Shown piece after piece: positions 55,995-64,000 of a stretch of DNA of 64,000 bases. The stretch is from NCBI GenBank assembly GCA_951406725.2, contig OX597823.1, positions 27,404,001 to 27,468,000 of the forward strand, given 5' to 3'. This DNA is from Octopus vulgaris (taxonomy: Eukaryota). The notes below the pieces were generated by a model. It did no database searches. It worked only from the letters and a program-made list of their open reading frames with translations, and had not been told where the DNA came from. Each line of letters opens with the position of its first letter. Position 1 is the first letter of the stretch. Both the position numbers and the translations under genes were made by a program.

Positions 55995-56520
55995 ATATAT
56001 ACATTGAAAAACAAGAGATTGCTACAGACTACCTAATAATCAAACGAGGCAGTGAAGATACTTGCAACTCCAAGATGCAATAGGAAATTCAGATTGTGTC
56101 ATATTTATGTAGGAGACATCACATATGTGATTAGCAGTTGCTCCAAAATGTCATGAAGGTAATACTTCCCTCTGCAACACAACGTTGTCGCAAATATAAT
56201 ATACAATGCCATTCGGGAAAAAGACTGTCCCGGTATAAACATAGTGAGTCCCTCTGCTATTGAATACGTCCAGAAACATCAGCACAAAGAATGTCGATGG
56301 AACATTCCAATCAAAACATCTGTCAAGTGAAAGCATAACATGCCCGATATTGCTGTTTGGGACAGATAAGAAAATGTATGTACAGTCATAGAGGTCAACT
56401 GTCATATTGATATGAATATTTCTTTGAAAATCTAAGAGAAAGAAGATAACTATGGACAACTGCTTCGAATCCTCCAGCTTCTATATTCAGGTTATACGTT
56501 CACATTTAAGTCTATAATCC
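55995..56520 (+). mobile_element. Older RLE LINE fragment of a related family
   Basis: EDITYVISSC, KHNMPDIAVWDR and VIEVNC remnants. Confidence 0.7.
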
Positions 56521-56728
56521 TTTCAAAAGGAGGCACAAGGTCTCAAATGTATGGAGAGGGGACTAGCTGATTACATCAACTCCAGTGTTTTTCTGGTACT
56601 TAATTTGTCGACCCAGAAAGGACGAAAGGCAAAGAGTTTTCGTTTCTACAATGGTGCTTTGTATGTTTGTTAGAAACCGGTCCCTTCCTCAGAGGAAGCA
56701 TTTAGATAATTAAAAACAGATGCGAACG

Positions 56729-56781
<53 letters not shown>

Positions 56782-56809
56782 GTATGTATGTATTCACACA
56801 TATATTCTT

Positions 56810-57017
56810 TCTTTTATTTGTTTTAGTCATTTGACTGCGGCCATGCTGGAGCACCGCCATTAGTCGAACAAATCGATCCCGGCACTTATTCTTTGTAAGC
56901 CTAGAACTTATTCTATCGGGGTTTTTTGCCGTATTGCTAAGTTACGGAGACGTGAACACACTAACGTCGATTGTCAAGCGATGGTGGGGGGACAAACAGA
57001 CGCACAAACACACGCAC

Positions 57018-57048
<31 letters not shown>

Positions 57049-57206
57049 CGACCGGCTTCTTTCAGTTTCCGTCTACCACATCCACTCACACGGCATTGGT
57101 CTGCCCGAGGCTATAGTAGAAGACACTTGCCCAAGGTGCCACGCACCGATACTAACCCGGAACCATGTGGTTGGTAAGCAAGCTACTCACCACACAGCCA
57201 CTCCTA
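56810..57206 (-). mobile_element. SINE family 1
   Basis: Reverse-complement match. Confidence 0.88.
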
Positions 57207-57567
57207 TTTATAACACTATATTACTTTGTATATGTACGCATAATACAGTCACCTGTGCATATATAAGTCAATTACGGAGGTTAAAAAAAGCTGTACATTC
57301 CAGTGGAAGCTATATATAATAGATTACAAGATGCAAACTCAGAAATCATGTTATTTTATATATCATACCACATGATATGTCTTATATTACACATAATAGA
57401 AACAGGTAGATATTGTGATATATAATATTAACAGCTCGCAATTGTAATAGAATCTTATGAATATATATCATTGTAAATGGCTCTACGGGTGGCATTGTAC
57501 TTCAAAGAATACTAAAGAGCTTTAAACGAATGTAATTTGAAATATATTGGCGTAGGTGACTTGCGTT

Positions 57568-57975
57568 CTTTCTCTCTTTCACTCTCTCTCTCTCTCTCTC
57601 TCTCCCTCTTCTTCCGACTCCCTCCTTTTCCCCTATATCTTTCTACTTCTCTCTCTACCTCTCTCTTTCTCGCACTTACATTATGTTTTTATTTTTTCCT
57701 TCTCTCTTTCACTTTCTCTATCTCTCTCTCTCTCTCTCTCCCTCTTCTTCCGACTCCCTCCTTTTCTCCTATATCTTTCTACTTCTCTCTCTATCTCTCT
57801 CTTTCTCGCTCTTACATTATGTTTTTATTTTTTTCCTTCTCTCTTTCACTTTCTCTCTCTCTCTCTCTCTCCCTCTTCTTCCGACTCCCTCCTTTTCCCC
57901 TATATCTTTCTACTCTTTATCTCTCTCTTTCTCGCTCTTACATTTTGTTTTTATTTTTTTCCCTTCTCTCTTTCA

Positions 57976-58024
<49 letters not shown>

Positions 58025-58118
58025 TTCTTCCGACTCCCTCCTTTTCCCCTATATCTTTCTACTCTTTATCTCGCTCTTTCTCGCTCTTACATTTTGTTTT
58101 TATTTTGTTTTCCTTCTC
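57568..58118 (+). repeat. Pyrimidine-rich minisatellite, about four units of 125-150 bp
   Basis: ccctcttcttccgactccctccttttcccctatatctttctact recurs at ~57604, 57740, 57871 and 58020. Confidence 0.92.
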
Positions 58119-58431
58119 TCTTTTACTTTTACGATTCTTACATCTTTACTTTCTTTGTCTTTCTCAACTCCCCACTTCACTCTGCTTCTCTTTGTTTCTT
58201 TCTCTCATTCCATTCTTTGTATTTTAATCGTTCTTTTTTTTCTCTTAGTTTTTAGCCGTCGTTCATTAAGATGTTTTCATTTATACTTTCCTCACCAAAC
58301 GCGCGACTATTCACTGCATACAGAAGAAAGCGCTCTTTTCAATTGCAGCAATGTATTTGGAAGTACATGTGCACGAACAAATACACTCAGACACACATAC
58401 ACACACACACGTACATACATACATACATACA

Positions 58432-58465
<34 letters not shown>

Positions 58466-58549
58466 CATACATACATACATGCATGCATACATACATACAT
58501 GCACACACACATACATACATACACACACATACATACATACATACATACA

Positions 58550-58581
<32 letters not shown>

Positions 58582-58666
58582 CATATATACATACATACAC
58601 GCACATACATACATACACACATATACACACATACATACATACATACACATACATACACATACATAC

Positions 58667-59064
58667 AGGAGTGGCTGTGTGGTAAGTAGCTTGCTTACCA
58701 ACCACATAGTTCCGGGTTCAGTCCCACTGCGTGGCACTTTGGGCAAGTGTCTTCTACTATAGCCTCAGGCCCACCAAAGCCTTGTGAGTGGATTTGGTAG
58801 ACGGAAACTGAAAGAAGCCTGTCGTTTATATGTATATACATATATGTATATATATATATGTGTGTGTTTGTCCTCCCAACATCGCTTGACAACCGATGCT
58901 GGTGTGTTCATGTCCCCGTAACTTAGCAGTTCGGCAAAAGAGACCGATAGAATAAGTACTAGGCTTACAAAGAATAAGTCCTGGGGTTGATTTGCTCGAC
59001 TAAAGGCCGTGCTCCAGCATGGCCGCAGTCAAATGACTGAAACAAGTAAAAGAGTAAAAGAGTA
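58667..59064 (+). mobile_element. SINE family 1
   Basis: Well conserved copy. Confidence 0.92.
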
Positions 59065-59348
59065 AGGGTATACACACACATGTATATACTAAAAAAGATA
59101 TGGTAGAAGAATCACAGAAAATTGTGTAACCATGTAAACCTATACATATTGCTGCATGCATGAACCCGTATGTGTGCATTTATTTGTGTACGTATGTGCA
59201 TGTATGCGTGAGTATGACAACATGCTGTGCAGTGAAGTTGTATGTTCAATTGTGTGTAACCTGATATGTACGTATATATGTGCGCACGCGTGTGTGTGTG
59301 TGTGTGTGAGTGTGTCTGTTACCATACATACATACATACATACATACA

Positions 59349-59400
<52 letters not shown>

Positions 59401-59402
59401 CA

Positions 59403-59600
59403 CAGTGGGGGGAAATAAATATTCGTACATGTCAAAATTCTTTATTTAATTTCTAATGAACATAAATGGGATATACCAATACTATATTTGCATATACATG
59501 CATAAACTAAGAATATGCAAAAGAAACTAATAAATTATACTTACTAAGGAATTTATATACAATTATAAATATTTAGGGGTGAAAAAAGTATTCGTACAGA
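59403..59600. mobile_element. Terminal ~195 bp IR of the Tc1 family at 41450-42590
   Basis: Reverse complement of 42395-42590. Confidence 0.88.
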
Positions 59601-59969
59601 ATAAATTTATGATTTTCTATGCCACAAAATACTTTACTTTTCGCCATTATTACGATACAACTTTATGTTGTCTCAATGCTGAATGAAGAAGCTAGTGTTT
59701 TGACACTTAAAAATGAGTGCTTGGTCTTGTTTGCTTTGTTTGAGTCTATGAGAGCCTGCAGCAGCTTGTTGTTAGAGGTTTCATAAGATCACTTTCAGCA
59801 TATTATAAGCTTTGATACTTAGTTGTCAGTTATCGAGGAAGACATTCAACATCCTATGAACCAATCTCAAATCTTAGTTGTCGCTAGAAGAGCAGTTTTT
59901 GGGACTTGCTCAGCTTCCCCGTCAGTTCCAATATCTCTGACATTTCTCGAAGCTGGTTGTTAGTGCTCG

Positions 59970-60132
59970 ACGAAAGACGAAGACGGGTGTGTAAACAATA
60001 AACAGATGTATTAGTTTAACGCCCGGGAAATGAGAAAGACTTTTACGTTTCGAGCCTAAGCTCTTCAACAGAAAGGAACACAGAAATAAACAGGGAGAGA
60101 AAATAGATAAAGGTTTAGTGACTAACGATCTA
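59970..60132 (-). mobile_element. PLE pLTR with variant hammerhead at 60040-60075
   Basis: Near-identical to 49350-49512. Confidence 0.8.
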
Positions 60133-60239
60133 TGTATGTATGTATGTATGTATGTATGTATGTATGTATGTATGTATGTATGTATGTATGTATGTATTAT
60201 GTATGTATGTATGTATGTGTATATATGTGTATATATGTG

Positions 60240-60306
<67 letters not shown>

Positions 60307-60319
60307 GAGTGTATATGTT

Positions 60320-60535
60320 TGTGTGTCTGTGTTTGTCCCCCGACATCGCTTGACAGCCGATGCTGGTGTGTTTACGCCCCCGTGAATTATCGTTTCGGCA
60401 AAAGAGACCGATAGAATAAGTACAGTACTAAGCTTACAAAGAGCAAGTCCTGGGGTCGATTTGCTCGACTAAAGGCGGTGCTCCAGCATGGCCGCAGTCA
60501 AATAAGCTGAAAGAAGTAAAAGAGTAAAGAGTAGA
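60320..60535 (+). mobile_element. SINE-1 3' half
   Basis: Tail match. Confidence 0.85.
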
Positions 60536-60962
60536 GTAAGTACCCGTGAAACACCGGGGTCGATATAATCGACTAATCGCTTCCCTCAAAGTTTCAGGCC
60601 TTGTGCATTTAGCAGAAAACATTATTATTGTTGTTGTTGCTCCTACGGCTGCTGCTGCTGCTGCTGTGTTCGTCGTCGTTGTTGTGGTTTAAATTGAAGA
60701 GAAATGGAAGTAAATTAGATGACACATCTGAATCCAATTTATCATTCAAATGTCAATTTATGGAAATAAAACAAAGTACGAATCTGAGAACATAGAGCCT
60801 CGTGCGCTGAGCTAAATAAGTGATATTGCCATCATAGCAATTATCAGAGGCATCGCATAGCTACAACATCACATCCCGTTATGACAGGACTCTATCACAC
60901 CTGCTGACACATGTCATTGTTTTGATTTGAGGCGAATGACGCCCGGTGGATAACAACAACAA

Positions 60963-61005
<43 letters not shown>

Positions 61006-61425
61006 ATAATAATAATAATAATAATAATACAACTACCAATACCCCCCTACGACTACAACTACTACTACCAATACCCCCCTACTACTACAACTACTACTAC
61101 CAATACCTCCACCATTACTACTACTACTACTACTATTGCCACCACCACTACTACAACGCCCACCACCTCCACGACCACTACTCCTACTACTCCTACTACT
61201 ACAACTACTACTACTATCACCACCACCATCACCATCACCACTACTACTACTTCTACCACCACCATCACCACTACTACTACTTCTACCACCTCCAATTCCA
61301 CTTATTGTCTACTTATTTTGCTGACGGCATTTGATCTCAGAACGTAATAAAACGGAAGAAATTCCTTTTGTCCCACTTACTATAAATATTACCTGCTCAC
61401 CACCCTAATAATAATAATGATTATA

Positions 61426-61612
61426 ACATCGCTTGACAATCGATGCTGGTGTGTTTACGTCCAAGTAACTAAGCGGTTCGACAAAAAGAGATCGATAAAA
61501 TAAGTACTAGGCTTACAAAGAATAAGTCCGAGGGTCGATTTGCTCGACTAAAGGCGGTGCTCCAGCATGGTCACAGTCAAATGACTGAAACAAGTAAAAG
61601 AGTAAAAGAGAG
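61426..61612 (+). mobile_element. SINE-1 3' half
   Basis: Tail match. Confidence 0.85.
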
Positions 61613-62019
61613 ATGCAGTCCTCTTGATATGGGAGAACCTTCCACTATGGCCATTCAAGGATCTCCACTGACCTAGGATCACCCTGACCACTAATGGCAC
61701 AAACCTTCACTCATATGTTGTTACCCAGTTTACAGCTTCAGGCTTAGAGTACGTCCATTCAGTTATTCTAATCATTTAGTCATAAATAATAATTCGATTC
61801 AGAGTTGAGACAATACTGTGAAATGATATTGTCGTCATTGTGATGTTGGTGATAATTACTATAGTCTTGTATGCGAGTTTATTATCATTAATATAAACTC
61901 ATATACAGTTCTATATTTATGAGAGGAGGAATTATGTACATTATTTACATTTGACGGATATTTGTCCTCATCTTGTTTGTTGTTAACATTAGTTACATTT
62001 CACAGATATTTGTCCTCAT

Positions 62020-62385
62020 AAACGTTCAGACTTTGGGTCATCTCCAAGACTCACCACCTTCCCTTCCTAAATTCAGCTGCCTACTTTTTCATTGTTGATA
62101 AAGTTGGAATGTCATCCCCTACTGTAGCAACAATGTCAGCATGAATGTCGTTGGGAGTTAAAACCATTTTACTGCAGATAATTGATACCATAATATCTAA
62201 TTACGTCCATTCTCTAGACGAGTCGCAGTTGCTTTTGAAGCCTCCTTTCAAAAGTCAGATACCAGTTTACTTGGAAATAAACAATACAGTTATTAATAAG
62301 AATAGTTGAAATTAGCATCTGCAAGATTTCACAGCTCTACCATCACTCCTTCATAATCAACCTATGAACTCTTCAGCCCACCCTC
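62020..62385 (-). mobile_element. Mariner transposon 5' fragment
   Basis: Minus strand LTPNDIHADIVATVGDDIPTLSTMKK*AAEFRKGR..SLGDDP resembles the mariner N-terminal HTH. TIR-like gagggtgggctgaagagttc. Confidence 0.75.
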
Positions 62386-62487
62386 ATTATCATAAATAAT
62401 CTCGTAGAAATTCTCAAAACCTCGCACAATGTCATAAAATCTAATATGTTTTTACAGAATTTTTCATCTTTTCCTGTAATTCTTTAG

Positions 62488-62708
62488 GGCACAGAATCTC
62501 AGAAATTCCACAACAATGGAACTGAAGTAATGTTGATATACTGCGTAGACGCGACACTCCCGAGATTCCAACAATTGGCCTACTGTATTTACCAATTCGT
62601 TACAATGTTTGTAGCTCCTACATTTATTTTGGCGATCTGCTATTCAAAGGTTATATACGTGTTGTGGGTCAGCACAAAGCAACTGGCTCAGATGACTTTC
62701 ACAGAAAG
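62488..62708 (+). CDS. Next exon of the same GPCR: ECL2, TM5, start of ICL3
   Basis: tctttag|GGC acceptor in phase 0 (compatible with the 49777 donor) and AG|gtgagt donor. Reads GTESQKFHNNGTEVMLIYCVDATLPRFQQLAYCIYQFVTMFVAPTFILAICYSKVIYVLWVSTKQLAQMTFTE, with an ECL2 Cys, NGT sequon and TM5 F..P...I..CY motif. Confidence 0.9.
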
Positions 62709-63051
62709 GTGAGTAACATGAACACTTGCTATTACTGTTGTTGCTATTTAGCACCAGGTCAGCCCTTAATGGAACAAACCTATGGTTAAAGGGATTCCAG
62801 CTATGACCAACCAAAATTTTAAGAGGTATGTAGTTCTAAATTATCCAATATCTCAGGTTATTTAAGACGGTAGGTTGTTAAAGTAAGATAACTTGGCAGC
62901 TATTTCAGTAGCTGAGCGATCACGATGACATTCTTTCACTGTTGAAGATGTTGTCGTTGTGGTTATTGCTGTTGATATTCTTGGTGAAAATGTCCGTGGC
63001 GTCGCCGTCGCTGTTGTTGTTGTTGTTGTTGTTTATCTGCAGAGTTGACCC

Positions 63052-63323
63052 AAAAGACGAAGACCTGGGAGAGAGTAGATGCACGGTCCACGGAACGTGA
63101 TCTGGCAAGTCCGATGTGGATAGTGGTGAGGGGATATCCGTGTAGGATAAAGTGGCGAGCCATGAGTTGAGAGTGAGTCTTAAAGGCATGGTCGTCACTA
63201 CAGAGCCTGCGTAGACGGATGTAAAGTTTGGCGTGTTTAGCGTGGGAGGAGGAGAAGTTGAGGTATGAGTGTGAGTCTGTGTGTTTGTAGTGGATGGAGG
63301 TGTTGAGAGTGGAGTGATGAATG
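63052..63323 (-). mobile_element. Inverted copy of the 3' part of the PLE at 52690-54851
   Basis: Reverse complement of ~54556-54828, including the same deletion junctions. Confidence 0.92.
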
Positions 63324-63559
63324 TAAGTGAAAAGAAATTATCTCTGCGTCAGTAATCGAAATTTGCTGGTATTGTTCGGTAAATTTGAAGTTTATCTTCC
63401 GTCATACTGCAATCCTGATTTATGTCTTGGGCCCTCTCAAACACGGATCGACTCGTAAGAGCACCGTTATGACATACAGTGTGTTTTGGGAATTTTTTTT
63501 AATCTGGCGGAGAGCTAGGCCTTCTCCAGGTCTATACAGAGCTTATTTCCTTCTGAGAA

Positions 63560-63732
63560 AAACAGAAAGAGAATCGACTTCAGTACATGACTGGTGTTTT
63601 ATTAATTGAACTCGAAATGATTAAAAACAAAGTTGACCTCGTCGGGATTTGAACTCAAGGTGCAGAGAACGGAAACGAATACCGCAAAGGAGTCTACCCG
63701 ACGCTCTAACGACGCTGCCAATTTGTCGCCTT
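63560..63732 (-). mobile_element. Degenerate SINE family 2
   Basis: Reverse complement of the ggcgacaaattggcagcgtcgttagagc...gagttcaaatccc head. Confidence 0.7.
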
Positions 63733-64000
63733 AATCCTTATTTATATGTCAATAAGATTAGCAATAATTAAGTCTGCCAACAGATACTAATTCCTGGTCA
63801 CATATTTGTCTATTTTTGTTGCACAGATAAGTTCCAATTCAACATTCCGAATTTCTTGGACAAAGAATTTCAACCAAGCATTACAAACACATTCTAGTTA
63901 AAAGAATTTGGTACAATGAAACGAAATCTCCTTCGAAGACAATTATTACTATTTGTAACTTTAGGGATATCCATTTGTATGCTACGATGAAACTCCCTGA

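Noticed and set aside
57537-58685. 382 aa hydrophobic ORF
   Set aside because: It is the translation of the CT-rich minisatellite and (TACA)n.
60946-61347. Thr-rich mucin-like ORF
   Set aside because: It is an (ACT)/(ACC) microsatellite mosaic inside the GPCR intron, with no splice support.

Overview
This is repeat-saturated, AT-rich eukaryotic (metazoan) DNA. The SINE families and microsatellite load suggest an octopus/coleoid cephalopod, which is an inference. The only host coding sequence I can support is two spliced + strand exons (49654-49777 and 62488-62708) of a rhodopsin-class, peptide-receptor-like GPCR covering the end of TM3 to ICL3. Almost every ORF in the track is microsatellite noise. 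The rest is layered mobile DNA: tRNA-derived SINEs, R4/Dong-like RLE LINEs in (TAA)n, Tx1-like LINEs in (GATA)n and (TAA)n, RTE LINE ends, Tc1/mariner/pogo elements, two Helitron-like elements and Penelope-like elements (PLEs). The most interesting signal is a recurring class of short fold-back insertions at TA sites or (TA)n tracts. Several carry readable type I hammerhead ribozymes from at least five unrelated sequence families, some with variant cores. One is fused to a tRNA-like Pol III head, one family has a conserved non-hammerhead structure instead, and some sit next to inverted copies of flanking DNA. All alignments and folds were done by eye, so boundaries are approximate.
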